Notes: generated by a model not told the origin, from the letters alone. Counted from the first letter of the stretch, positions 37,457 to 48,612 are shown. The stretch is 64,000 nt of DNA from Candidatus Eremiobacteria bacterium (GCA_963758295.1 CAVWUU010000004.1:896001-960000); one strand, 5' to 3'. Translations and numbers: made by a program.

Positions 37457-38698
37457 CTAGTGGGTGTGCGGTTTCGAGTTAACGGTGATCGTCGCGGAGG
37501 TTACGGAGATCCAGAACGTTCCGTCATGGGTCTCGCTGCCTGCCGTGTTCGCCGTATGCTGGGTGATCGGATAGCCTGTGCCGTGCTCTTTAAGGCGCGC
37601 TTTACAGACGCCGACGCCCGTCGCCGTGATCGTGAACGCCGTTGCCGGGCTCGCGCTCGCGGTCGCAATTCCGCTACAGCCCGGGTCGAGCTGGAGGTCG
37701 AACTGCTGGCTGTACGGCGCATTCGTGAAGCCCGCTTCGGAACCGGTTACTACTTGCGATCCGCTCGCCTGCGAGAAGAACAGCGTTTGCTGACCCCAGT
37801 TGGAATCGCCGGCGACTCCGCCGTGCGCGGCAGTGTCGTCGGTCGTCCCGCTGAATGCGACATCGCTTACGGTCGATGTGAGCGTGCCGCCACCGGAAAT
37901 TCCGGTTCCGGACGCCGTAATAGTCGGATTGTTCACGGCTTGGCCGGTGTAATCGAGAGTCACCGCGTCGCCCGGGCTGGTTACCGTGACGCTCGTTGCG
38001 GCCGAGCCGCCGTTGAGGTGCAGCTTCGTTTGACCGGCCGCATCGTTGAGCGTAAGGGTGATGGGGTTATTGTAGTCAGCGCTGCCGACGATCTCGGCGC
38101 CCGACGCATCGAACGCAGCAACGGTCACCGCCGCCGCCGTCTGGGAGGTATTGGCAGCCAATGCCGGACCGGTAACGGTAACGCTTTGAACGACGCCGCC
38201 AAGCGTGACGGCCAACGGGTTGTTCGAACCTTGCGTAATCGTAAAGTTCGCCGTGAAGGTTGCCAACACGTCGTTGCTGCTATCGAGCACGGAAAACGTA
38301 TAGTTTACGTTTCCGGGGGGCGCGGCTACTTGAATGTTACACGTCGCCGTCCCGCTCGACACGCTGCAGTTCGCATTTGCGCCGCTGAAGACCAGTTGCG
38401 TGGTCGCATCGGCCGTAACCCAACTCGGCGCAGCGCCGCCGTTTACCGAGTTGACTTTGACTTCCACTTGCGTCGCGTTCGGCGAAACGTATTGCGGACG
38501 GTTGCCGGTCGGCGCGGTAACGGTGGTGCCGGCCGGTGCAACTTTCCACGTGAGCGACATCTTGGCGTATTGCGGCTGGCTCACTGGGCCCGTCGTGGGA
38601 TGCGGCGTCGGCGTAGACGATCCGTAAGGGACCGTGCCGCCGCCTCCGCACGCCGTGAGTGCGAGCGCCGTTGCCAGCGCCAAGAAACGAGTTTTCAT
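37457..38698 (-). CDS. Lipoprotein with Ig-like beta-sandwich regions
   Basis: MKTRFLALATALALTACGGGG lipobox; RPQYVSPNA motif similar to the neighbour's N-terminus; Thr-rich beta strands. Confidence 0.8.
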   Translation of the reverse strand: MKTRFLALATALALTACGGGGTVPYGSSTPTPHPTTGPVSQPQYAKMSLTWKVAPAGTTVTAPTGNRPQYVSPNATQVEVKVNSVNGGAAPSWVTADATTQLVFSGANANCSVSSGTATCNIQVAAPPGNVNYTFSVLDSSNDVLATFTANFTITQGSNNPLAVTLGGVVQSVTVTGPALAANTSQTAAAVTVAAFDASGAEIVGSADYNNPITLTLNDAAGQTKLHLNGGSAATSVTVTSPGDAVTLDYTGQAVNNPTITASGTGISGGGTLTSTVSDVAFSGTTDDTAAHGGVAGDSNWGQQTLFFSQASGSQVVTGSEAGFTNAPYSQQFDLQLDPGCSGIATASASPATAFTITATGVGVCKARLKEHGTGYPITQHTANTAGSETHDGTFWISVTSATITVNSKPHTH

Positions 38699-38959
38699 TA
38701 GTATTGAGGCCTTTCGTAACGAGGCGGCTCTAGCGACATAAAGCACCGCATAAAAGAAAATGCGCCGCTTGAAACCGCTCGCCACGTTACGGACATGATT
38801 AGCCCGGTCCTTTCAAACCGGAGCTAAGTGAACCCTAATACCCATGGTTTGTAAATTATCAGCAAACTCTCAACAAGGAACCTAATTTTACAACCTCGCG
38901 TTGCCCGGGTAGAAAGCGATTGTATCGCCTTCATCTCAATCGCAACACAGAGGTACACA

Positions 38960-39559
38960 ATGGTTCGACTCTTCACCGTCCTCTCGCTCGCACTCAGCCT
39001 CGGCGCTGCTTCCGTGGTATCGGCTAGCGCGCAAGTGTACGGCCAGTACGGCGCTCCTTCGGGCTCGTATCAACAAAGCTGCAACAACATCCAGATGCAC
39101 GGCTCGACGCTCTCGGCCTCATGCCCGAGAACCAACGGGCAGCGTGTCAACACTTCGCTTAACCTCGGACGCTGCAACGGCGGAGACATTTCGAATCAAA
39201 ATGGCAATCTGACGTGCAACGGCAACGGCAACGGTTACGGCTACAACAACGACGGCTACAACAATAACGGCCAGGGCCATCACCATCACCACCACAACGA
39301 TAACAACGGCAGCTACAACGGCAATTATAACGGCAACTACAATAACAACGGATACAATGGGGGCTACAACAACGGCTATGGCTCCTTGCCGCCGGGGTCG
39401 TACCAGCAAAGCTGCAATAACGTGCAGATGCGCGGCTCGATGCTTTCCGGTTCTTGTACGGCCGCGAACGGCAACCGCGTCTATTCGACGATCGACGTGA
39501 GCCGCTGCAGCAACAACGCCGTTAAGAACGACAACGGCCATCTTCGCTGCGGATACTAG
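38960..39559 (+). CDS. Secreted CVNH (cyanovirin-N-like) repeat protein with N/G/Y/H-rich linker
   Basis: GAGG RBS, signal peptide, two PxGSYQQSCNN.QM.GS.LS.SC...NG...C...N.NG.L.C repeats. Confidence 0.82.
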   Translation: MVRLFTVLSLALSLGAASVVSASAQVYGQYGAPSGSYQQSCNNIQMHGSTLSASCPRTNGQRVNTSLNLGRCNGGDISNQNGNLTCNGNGNGYGYNNDGYNNNGQGHHHHHHNDNNGSYNGNYNGNYNNNGYNGGYNNGYGSLPPGSYQQSCNNVQMRGSMLSGSCTAANGNRVYSTIDVSRCSNNAVKNDNGHLRCGY

Positions 39560-39581
39560 GCCCATCGCAACAAAATCCGCC

Positions 39582-39613
39582 GAGGCACCGGGAATTCCGG
39601 TGCCTCTTCTTTT
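39582..39613 (+). terminator. Rho-independent terminator
   Basis: GAGGCACCGG-GAATT-CCGGTGCCTC then TTCTTTT. Confidence 0.85.
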
Positions 39614-39693
39614 CTGTCCGGGCGGCTGATTGCGTCTTAGGAGGCACCAGCGGTATTCTAAGCACACCCGCGACTGGAAGCCCGAGGTAAAGC

Positions 39694-42200
39694 GTGCTCG
39701 ATATAGTCATCGCTGCTCCGCCATTGCCCACGTACTCGCTTCTCGAGTCGGACCTCGGAATGGGAGCGAGCTACGGAAATAGCGCCGTTTGGATCCACAC
39801 GAAGGGCACCGGCGCCCTCGAACGGGTCTTCCTCAATTCCATAGGGCGACCGCTGCTCGGGGGAATGTCGTTACGGTACGGCGCTCGTTCGCGATGGATT
39901 TCCGAAGTCGGACCGTCCAGGAATGGGCGTGATTCCGAAGAGAATTATTGCGGCCTTTTTGCCACGGTCGGCGCCCGCCGCTTCGAGCTTCATCCGGCAT
40001 ACCAGCGCGTTTCTTTTCAGCTAGCCGGTGTCGTGGATGTGGAAGAGACGACGTTTCTTCCCTTGTCCGACGCTCGTCCCGGCCACGACGATCCGCCGAT
40101 CGTGTATGTAACGGTGAGCCTTCGCAACCGCGATGACGTCGCGCATCACGTGCGCATCGTCGGATCGGCGATGTTCCGCGGATCAACGCCGCCCGACGTT
40201 CAGGCCTACTACGAAGAAAACGCGCGCGCCCTCGTCGCGTTCAATGCAAGTCACCCGGAGTGGGTGCGACTTTTCAGCGTGTCGGAAGAGCCGACCGGCT
40301 ATGCGGCCGACCTCGACTACGGCTCAACCTACGATCCAACGACTCTGCGTCCCGTCACAAACTCGGTTCACGCCCAGGGCGACTTGATCGGGCATTTGCA
40401 AGTTGACGTTTTACTCGAGCCCGGAGAGCGCCGGCAAGTGACTTTCACCATTGCGGTGGGCGCTTCGGGACCGGAGCAAGCGATACATCAATGCAATCTC
40501 GCGGAACCCGCCGACGTCGTGCTGGAGCGCTCCATCCGCAACCTGCAGGAGCAATTGCGTTACGGGCGGGTGCTCACCCCCGACGCGATGATCAACGAGG
40601 GCGCGCTGTGGAGCAAAGTCAACATGCGCCGCGTGATGGCGCCGCTACCCGCAGGGCCCCGCCTTCACCAACGAACCGGGAGGTTCGTCCAACGTCGTCG
40701 GGCGCGACTGCGCCTGGTTTGTCTACGGCAACGACCACTTCTGCCCGAGTTCTCGCGCGTCTTCTCGATACATTCGCCGCTTCGCAATACCCGAACGGCA
40801 AGATCCCCGAATACTACAACGCGCTCGACGGCCACGTGGAAGACTACGGCCTTAACATCAACGACGACACCCCGCTGTTCATCCTGGCGGTAAACCACCA
40901 TTTTCGCGCCAGCGGCGAACCGAGTGGCTGCGCGAGCATCTACCCCGCCGTCGCGCAAGCCGGCGCGCTACATCATCTCGCAGGAGGACGAGCGGGCGCT
41001 GGTCTTCTGCTCGGCCAACGATCCGCGCGGCAACGTCTGGGCGATCGCCGGTTGGCGCAACGTCATCCCCGAGTACAGCATCAACGGCGCGGTGACGGAG
41101 TTCAACGCCGAGTGCGTCGCCGCGCTGCGCGCGGCGGCCACCTCGCCGAGAACCTCGGCCTCCGGACGACGAGGCGCAGGAGTTCTTCGCGGGCCGCCGC
41201 AGCAGCTGCGAGCCGCGATGAATACGCATCTGCTCAACCCGGACAACGGCCTGTACTACCTCAACATCGACGTCGACGGCAATATTCACACCGACGTCAC
41301 CGGCGACGAGGTTTTCCCGGTCATCTTCCGGGTCTGCGACGAGGACACCGGCTTCCGCATCATCAGCCGCCTGAACTCGCCGAAGACTTCTGGACCTCCG
41401 CCGGCCTGCGCACGGCCTCGCGCGGCGACCCGCTCTACGACCCGCCGCTGATGGCGGGACTGATCGGCGGCGTCTGGCCGGGCTTAACGTGGTGGTACGC
41501 TTTCGCGCGCCGCGCGCTACCACCCGAAGTGTCATGGTCGCGCGCGTTGCGCTCCTCGTTCGCAGCATTACGCCGCCGACCCAAGCGCAACAACACCGTG
41601 CCGGGGCAGTTCAGCGAATGGTTCGACGGCGAGAGCCTGGTGAATCGCGGCATGCGGTTGTCGCCCTGGGAGCCGCCGCGTTTCTTGTGGGCCGCGGTGG
41701 AAGGCGTCTGCGGCTTGGTGTTACAGCCCGGCTTGCCGCGGATCAGCCCGCTCATCCCAGCCGATTGGACGTGGGTTGCGATCCGCGACCTGCCTTATCA
41801 CGGTGAACTGCTGTCATATTTCGTCGTTCGGGAAGGCAGCACAGGATTCCGGATCTTCTCCACCGCGCCCGTCGAGAGCGAATGGGACGTCGCCGTGTAT
41901 CAACGAGACGTATCGGACGAGGTCCGGCTCTACTCCGATAGCGCCGTTGCAATAGCGCTAGCCCGCGAAGGGGGCGCGGTTATAATCATCGGAAACACCG
42001 GTGCGCAAACGCTGCACACCCCGGTAACGTTCAACGTTCCAAAACCGCTCGCACCACACTTCCAGGTGCGTATCTACGACAGCGAACGTTGCGCCTGGGA
42101 AGAACACGGCGTACTCTCGCTCGAGGATTTGCACAGCAATTCTCTCGCGATCGGCGCCAACGGTTTCCGCCTGATCGAATTGTCGGTGGTAGAGTCGTAA
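39694..42200 (+). CDS. Six-hairpin glycosidase-like protein (amylo-alpha-1,6-glucosidase/GH116-like); many frameshifts 40640-41600
   Basis: Joined fragments: RDCAWFVYG, QYPNGKIPEYY, DDTPLFILAV, GGVWPGLTWW, GQFSEWFDG, LSPWEPP. Confidence 0.7.
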
Positions 42201-42269
42201 CCAAGCCCCTTCGAGACTCGGTCGTCCATGCATCTTGTCATCTTCTCCGGAATCGAAGCGTGGTTATCC

Positions 42270-44108
42270 TTAGTTTGAGGCCGCCGCGTATTGCACGTCG
42301 GCTTCGACTGCATTGGTTCGCGGATCCGGCGCCTGAAGCGTGTAAGTGATGGTCATCGTTTGATGTTCCCAGCTGGCGCTATACGGAGCGGGTGACGGCG
42401 CCGAGAACGTCCACGTGCCGTCCGGCGCCGGCTTGCCGCTGGAGAAAACGATGCCCGTGCCTTGCAGCGTAACGCGATCGATGTATTTCAACCCCGTCCC
42501 TTGCAGCACGAGCGTTCCTTTCGGCAGATACGCTATTGCATGCGCGATCGACGGCATAGCGGGAAATATCTTGAAGGGAATTGGAGCGCTTGCGATACCG
42601 CCCGATTCCATCACGACCGCTGAACCGCCCGCGCCGCCGGCACTAGAGGCATCCAGCGTCGCCGTGATGCCGTCGGCAGTTCGCGCGAGATCCGTTACCG
42701 GAATCGCATGACCTAAGCCGTCTTGCACCGCGATTGACGCGACGCAGCTGCCCATCCCGCTCTTCCCGTCCGAGAACGTAAGCTTCGACGCTTTGCTCGA
42801 TTCGACGACCGACACGGCCGCCGCGTCATTCAAGCTCCACGTCGTTGGTCGCGGCATCACGATGTTCATTGGCGCGGACGTAAAGGCATCAAAGCCCCAC
42901 ACGCTTCCAATCGTTGCCGTCGCGCCATCAGCGATCGCCGCCGTCTGCTCCGGCGAAAGGCCGGCGTGATACCCCTTGAGCGGGTCGTACGAGGCGGGAA
43001 CGGTGAAGGATTGCGCCGGCGTCGTAAATTTTACGTTGTGTTCGCGGAAATAAATCGGGAGGCCGGTGAACGGCACGTTTGCGTCAAACGAGCCGCCGCC
43101 GACGCATACCGGCAGTTGCGCCACAGGCCCGTACGCCGGTTCTTGCGGATGCGTTGCTTGCGACCCGATTTGGAAATAAACGATCGTTGACGGCTTTGCC
43201 GCGCTTGGATCGTACGCCAAGTGTTCGTTCACATAGACGTCCGTCGAAGACGACCCGGGCTTCAACGCACCTGGGATGAAGACATAGTGTGCTTCGACAC
43301 GACGCTTTGCCAACAACTGATAGAGTCCACCGATGAGCATGCCATACGTTGCCGCGTTAATCGAGAGCTGATTTCCGAGCATCGACGTCACGTTAGCCGT
43401 TGTCGGCGCTTGATAGCTCGACGAAATCGCTTGGGCGGCGCAGGCATACTGCGTGCTCTGTGCGACCGAGTCGTTGAAACAGGCAGCATCGGCGAGGTCG
43501 TAGCCGAAGAGCGACTGCGTTGCCGAAGCAACGCGGCTGCGGCCGTCGTTCACCTGACCGGGCTGCAGCGACGAAAGAGAGTGCAGAAACGCGTCGAGCG
43601 TTGAGCGTTTGGCCATTGCACTAGCCGTGATCATCGCAGAATTGAGCAGCAGAGACCGATTGCTCAGCTCCGAGATCGCGCCGCGCGCGTCGCCGATGCC
43701 GAGGCCGCGCCGGTTCCCGTTCTCAGGCACCAGGAAAATGATCGGGGTTGCCGTTCCATCGTACGGAACTTTCCACACGTAGCCCGGTTTTGCGCGGCTC
43801 AGATCTTGATCGGCAATCGGAAATGACGGCCCGTGCTGCAGATAATTCTCATACATATCCGCGACAATGAGATGCCACCGAGGCGATTTGCTGTATTGAA
43901 CGCCTTTGGAAAAAGAAAGCTCTATGACGTCCCCTGACTTCAAAAAGGGAACCAGCGTCGCCGGCAATACGGTGCCGTTACGCGCGACACTTACGTTCAT
44001 GCTTGCGCCGAGGATGTTGAAAGCATTCGACGGCTTTTCCGGCGGCGACTGAGAAACCCCGAGCAGAACGACACAGGCTAGAAGCAGGCACAGTGCGCGC
44101 GATCGCAT
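42270..44108 (-). CDS. Secreted hypothetical protein, 612 aa
   Basis: Long ORF with signal peptide; beta-rich C-terminal half; no recognised motif. Confidence 0.75.
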   Translation of the reverse strand: MRSRALCLLLACVVLLGVSQSPPEKPSNAFNILGASMNVSVARNGTVLPATLVPFLKSGDVIELSFSKGVQYSKSPRWHLIVADMYENYLQHGPSFPIADQDLSRAKPGYVWKVPYDGTATPIIFLVPENGNRRGLGIGDARGAISELSNRSLLLNSAMITASAMAKRSTLDAFLHSLSSLQPGQVNDGRSRVASATQSLFGYDLADAACFNDSVAQSTQYACAAQAISSSYQAPTTANVTSMLGNQLSINAATYGMLIGGLYQLLAKRRVEAHYVFIPGALKPGSSSTDVYVNEHLAYDPSAAKPSTIVYFQIGSQATHPQEPAYGPVAQLPVCVGGGSFDANVPFTGLPIYFREHNVKFTTPAQSFTVPASYDPLKGYHAGLSPEQTAAIADGATATIGSVWGFDAFTSAPMNIVMPRPTTWSLNDAAAVSVVESSKASKLTFSDGKSGMGSCVASIAVQDGLGHAIPVTDLARTADGITATLDASSAGGAGGSAVVMESGGIASAPIPFKIFPAMPSIAHAIAYLPKGTLVLQGTGLKYIDRVTLQGTGIVFSSGKPAPDGTWTFSAPSPAPYSASWEHQTMTITYTLQAPDPRTNAVEADVQYAAASN

Positions 44109-44378
44109 CCGGGCGTTTTATGCGTTGGGCCTCCGGCGGCCTACAAGTTGGGTGCTACGCTCGTCCCGAGCGTACGCCAATGGCCCCTCCTCGGGGCATC
44201 CGTAGCGATAAGACCGCACAGCGTAGCAATGATGACGGTTTGAATGAATGCGGACGTAGTTAGACGCGTATTCTAATCAAACGCAGCGATACACGTCATG
44301 ACCATCGCGCCACGCGCAGACGCTTCGAACATTGATGCGGCAATCACGTGGCGGAAAGTGCGGGAGTGGTAAGCCTCG

Positions 44379-44642
44379 TCACGTGCCGGCGTTCGCCGCT
44401 TCAGTGATGACGGTAATGAGAATGCGCGCGTCATCTTTGTTCAAACCGTTCATCATGATGAACCCTTGCAACTGTGCCATGCTGACGCTTAGAACGGCAC
44501 CGCGACGTGCCGCCACGGTTACGTAGCCTTGAACGGCGGGTTCGACTTCGTCCATCGTACCGTTACCGGCGATAGTCCCAATATTGATAGTGCGTCCGGC
44601 CACGTCGTTGATTCGTACGTCGGAGAGCAGATGATAACTCAT
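44379..44642 (-). CDS. Hypothetical protein, 87 aa
   Basis: Protein-like composition, ATG start; no motif recognised. Confidence 0.45.
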   Translation of the reverse strand: MSYHLLSDVRINDVAGRTINIGTIAGNGTMDEVEPAVQGYVTVAARRGAVLSVSMAQLQGFIMMNGLNKDDARILITVITEAANAGT

Positions 44643-44807
44643 GTCGCCGGTGTTCGGGCGTCGATGCGACCCCGCCCTCTTGCTCTTGAAAGGCTGCCTA
44701 AACCGCTCCGAGTCGCGAGCGCGCGACTTCTTGTGCGCGGCGCAGGCGAGAGGGAAGTCGTCCCCGCCGCCATGGTTTCGAAGGAACGGTACAGCCTTGA
44801 TTTTAGG

Positions 44808-46314
44808 CTAAGGCACGATCGCAATGCCAGTTGGGGAACTCATAAAGGGAAATGAGCCGCTCGGCATCACAACGTTGCCATTCTGGTCATACACTGATAT
44901 AGATCCATTGAAGTTGCTACCAGCGCTGTCCGTCATGTAGTACTCCAGATTAGACGGATCAAATGCAATGCTAGTGTGAAGACGGCCATTCGGGTTGGGA
45001 AAACCGCCCGCTGTACTGACCTGGTTTCCATCTTCGTCGTAGACGGTCACAGTTGTATCGGCGTTCGTTACGTACAATCGCTTATTTGATGCGTCGAAGG
45101 CGATGCCAAGTGGTTGCACCAGGCCGGGAAAATCACCAGTTGTACTGACTTGATTGCCATCTTGGTCGTAAGCGGTTACCGTGTCGGTAAGCCGGTTTGC
45201 AACGTACAAGCGCTGATTCGATGCATCAAAAGCCACGGCACGAGGATCAGCAAGGCCCGGGAACGTCCCGCTCGGGACAATCGAGTTCCCTTGTTCATCG
45301 TAGACAAGTATGACCTTCGCCGATTCGAAGGCGACGTAGAGATGGCGGTTTATTGGATCGAATGCGATCCCAGTGGCTCCGCCAGCTGGCTCACCAGCAA
45401 ATGGCGCGCTCGTTAAGACCGGCTTTCCGTTTAAATCGTAAACTACGACGGCGTTTCCATTGGCCGATGAAAAGTATAAGAACTGATTGAATGAGTCGAA
45501 TGCGACAGCGGTTGGCACGCGCGCTGTTATATTTGGAAAAGTGCCCGCTACCGGCAGCAAATTGCCGTTTTCATCGTAACGTGCAACATAGGCTGGCACG
45601 TTCACGCATCCGTTGATCACATACACTTTCGTGCCGGGAGGCGTGGGCCCCGGGGTTGCGACCGGGGGTGTCGCGCAAGCGATTGGGCTTGGCGAGGGAG
45701 TTGGTGTTGGAGGCGGCGTGGGGCATGCAGCCCCTAGAGTGCCCGTAAACGGGATTACGACGTACGTGACGCCGTGGCGCATGGTGACACCATTAGCTCC
45801 TCCGCCAAAAGAAATCGTGGATCCGGAGACAGTGACGGCTCCGAGAATCCGTCCAGATCGACGCCGTAGAGTCGTACATCCAGACGTAAAACTTTCCTTG
45901 ACTCTTAGGAGTCGATGGCAACGTCATTCTGATCTTCGGAAAGGCGCTAAACGTAACGTCTGCCGACGTATTCATCGCGAAATATTCGAATGCCGTGCTG
46001 TTGCTAGCTGGAATGGCCGGCGTACCTTTCGGCGGCGAAATTGACACGCTGACGTTTAATTGCGTACCCGGCGGCGCATTGTTTTTTGGAACTGCGATGA
46101 TGCTAGTGATATTGCTCGCTGTTGGGAGCGCGTTCGAACCAGCTTGCGAGAGAGCAATCGAAACACTTAGGGGTTGCGTTACCGGTCCCGGATTGTTCGG
46201 CTGTGTTGGCGTCGTAGAAACACCCGGTCCATTTCCACTGCACGATACGAGAACTACGAGTAAACCGACTATCCCTCCACCGGACACCGTGGCGTGGATT
46301 TTATGACGGATCAT
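44808..46314 (-). CDS. NHL/YVTN-type beta-propeller lipoprotein (frameshift near 45850)
   Basis: GAGG RBS, VLVSC lipobox in 45793-46314; PTPTPSP linker; about six repeats P.GIAFD.SN.RLYV.N...V.VYDE.GN.V...G.FP in 44808-45782. Confidence 0.8.
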
Positions 46315-46643
46315 CGTATCGTCCTCTCTGGGGACTTCACAGCAAAAACGAACCGGCTTTGCTATGAATGACAGTTAAGGAGCACAGCGAGGAATTTCTT
46401 CAGTAGATGTATGGTATCACCCGAATCATTGGGCTATATACAAGCGACCACTCCTGTATGACAGTGCGCTCCCTCTCGCTATCAGACCAATGCCAAGCTG
46501 AATCGACCGAACATTGCGTCGGCGCATATAGCGGCGTGATGAGTTTTCGGCGCAAAGTTTAATCGCCCGCAAACCGAGCAATGATTATCCCGGCGTGCGA
46601 GATTGTGCGTGTTTCTATTGTCTCTATTTGCTATATAAACTTC

Positions 46644-47252
46644 GTGAACAGTGAATTTGCGCTAGAAGGTGATACCGTGCGCCTCGAACCGCTCTCGCGC
46701 CATCATCGCAAGGGCCTGGCGGCGGCAGCTAATATTGACCGTTCCATCTATCAATATAGCCTTGTTCCTCAATCGAACGAAGAACTCGATGAGTACATCG
46801 ATACGGCGATCTCCTGGCGCAATGCCGGTAGCGCGGTTCCATTCGCTACTATCCGCAAGTGCGACGATGTGATTCTTGGTTCGACGCGGTTTTGCAACAT
46901 CGAGAGATGGCGATGGCCCCAGAAACATGAACGCCACGGACGCCAATTTCCGGACGCATGTGAAATCGGCTATTCGTGGTTGCGCGCCGATGCGCTGCGC
47001 AGCGGCGCGAACGCGGAAGCAAAGCTGCTAATGCTAACGTACGCATTCGAGCATTGGGGCGTCCTGCGCGTGTGCATCCACACGGACGTTCGGAACGAGC
47101 GCTCGCGTAGGGCCATCGAACGTCTCGGTGCACGATTCGAAGGAGTGCTTCGTTATAATAGCGTGGCGGCTGACGCTACGCCGCGCAACTCGTGCCGCTA
47201 TTCGATTGTACGCGAAGAATGGCCGACGGTGAAACGGCGCCTTAGTGATTAA
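46644..47252 (+). CDS. GNAT/RimJ-RimL family N-acetyltransferase
   Basis: VRLEPL, GSTRF, EIGYSWL, EAKLLMLTYAFE, NERSRRAIERLGARFEGVLR. Confidence 0.92.
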   Translation: MNSEFALEGDTVRLEPLSRHHRKGLAAAANIDRSIYQYSLVPQSNEELDEYIDTAISWRNAGSAVPFATIRKCDDVILGSTRFCNIERWRWPQKHERHGRQFPDACEIGYSWLRADALRSGANAEAKLLMLTYAFEHWGVLRVCIHTDVRNERSRRAIERLGARFEGVLRYNSVAADATPRNSCRYSIVREEWPTVKRRLSD

Positions 47253-47872
47253 GTGCGCAGTCTTCGCAAGCACTATGCTGTAAAACGTTCCCATGCGATA
47301 GAGGCAACCAGCGCAGTACGCCCCGAGCCGCTCCACGTAAAACCGCCGCCCTCATAGGCGTGACAGTTGTCCGTGTTGAGTACCACGCCGTGGCAGTGGC
47401 CCGTGCAGACTCCCTTGGTGGATCCCTCGATGTAGAATCCGGATGGCCAAGGCATGCTGCACGGCTCCGTCCCGCTCGTGCACACGTACGCACCCGACGT
47501 CACGATCGGGCTATCGCCCAGTATGTATCGGGCACTCGAAAGGTTTCACCGATCGCGATGCGCGACGGCCCTTATTGCCCCGCGTGCAGCCGGACACAAA
47601 CACGGAATCGTCACGTCGTATCAGCAATTGAACTGCGAAAGCTTCCAGTGCGACGCCGCGCCGAAATGCCGCGCGAACAACAGAACCGTGTTCATGGCCG
47701 ATTACAACTCGGAGGCGGCGGCTTTGACGCGCCGATCGCGTGCGACCTTGCGGACGGCATGGTCTTTTACGTAACTCACCTGGGCGGCCGTCGATCCTAA
47801 ACCTTAAAGAGACAAAAGGGATCAGCGAGCTATACTCGCTGCGCGAACACTCTGGCCTGGCTCCGATCATGC

Positions 47873-47910
47873 AAAAACGCCCGCATTACGCACGGGCGCT
47901 TTCATTTTTT
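47873..47910. terminator. Probable bidirectional terminator downstream of mazF
   Basis: AAAAA-CGCCCG-N9-CGGGCG-CTTTCATTTTTT. Confidence 0.55.
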
Positions 47911-47924
47911 GATATCGAGCCTCG

Positions 47925-48263
47925 TTACGTGAGCTTCAACAATGCCGCGATGCGCGCGACGACTTCATCGACGAGAGACTCCGGCGCGATCTCTTCGAAA
48001 ACGGCGTTTCTAGATCTCCAATCGACGCTTCGAACGTGATCCGAAAGCACGACGCCATGCGTCGCCAGATCGCTCGGCAGCGGAACCTCGAACCGGAAGC
48101 CTTTGACCTTGCTCGTGATCGGGACGACCAACGCAAGCCCTACGACTCCGTTATAAGCGCTGGGACTCAACACGAGACCCGGGCGCCGATTCGCCTGCTC
48201 CGAACCCGACTGCGGCGAAAAGTCGATATAGACGATGTCCCCCCGGTCGGGCGTATACGGCAT
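47925..48263 (-). CDS. mazF: MazF/PemK endoribonuclease toxin
   Basis: PDRGDIVYIDFSPQSGSEQANRRPGLVLSP..YN; VPITS; DHVRSVDWRSR. Confidence 0.95.
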   Translation of the reverse strand: MPYTPDRGDIVYIDFSPQSGSEQANRRPGLVLSPSAYNGVVGLALVVPITSKVKGFRFEVPLPSDLATHGVVLSDHVRSVDWRSRNAVFEEIAPESLVDEVVARIAALLKLT

Positions 48264-48266
48264 ACC

Positions 48267-48512
48267 TTACCAGACGTTCTCGGCGCCTACGTCGCCACCA
48301 AAATCAGTTTCTTCGTGGAGCGTTTCCGGCGTCACGCCCTCAAGCAATTCATCGAGAGTATATCGAGGCCGGACCGGATGGATGATGACGTATCCCTTTT
48401 CGACTTGGATGGAGACGCGATCGCCCTCTTGGAGCCCGGCAGTTTCGACAACACTTTTGGACAGGCGAACAGCCAAGCTGTTGCCCCAGCGATCAAGTAC
48501 CGTAGAAGTCAT
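48267..48512 (-). CDS. mazE: MazE/AbrB antitoxin
   Basis: RWGNSLAVRL, YTLDELL..VTPETLHEETDFG..VGAE.W; start re-called at MTSTV. Confidence 0.92.
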   Translation of the reverse strand: MTSTVLDRWGNSLAVRLSKSVVETAGLQEGDRVSIQVEKGYVIIHPVRPRYTLDELLEGVTPETLHEETDFGGDVGAENVW

Positions 48513-48553
48513 GCGTGCATACTTTCTGCGCCGTCCGTTGCGCCGAAACATCG

Positions 48554-48574
48554 AAGTATATACAAAGTATATCC
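48554..48574 (-). promoter_or_regulatory. mazEF promoter/operator candidate
   Basis: AAGTATAT repeated at 48554 and 48565; GTATATAC palindrome; TATACT -10 on the minus strand. Confidence 0.6.
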
Positions 48575-48612
48575 GAACCCCTGTTCGCTTTAACACCGAA
48601 CAGCAAATTAAT

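Noticed and set aside
47858..47865. att-site duplicate of the tRNA-Asn 3' end (TGGCTCCG)
   Set aside because: Only 8 bp of identity; expected by chance.
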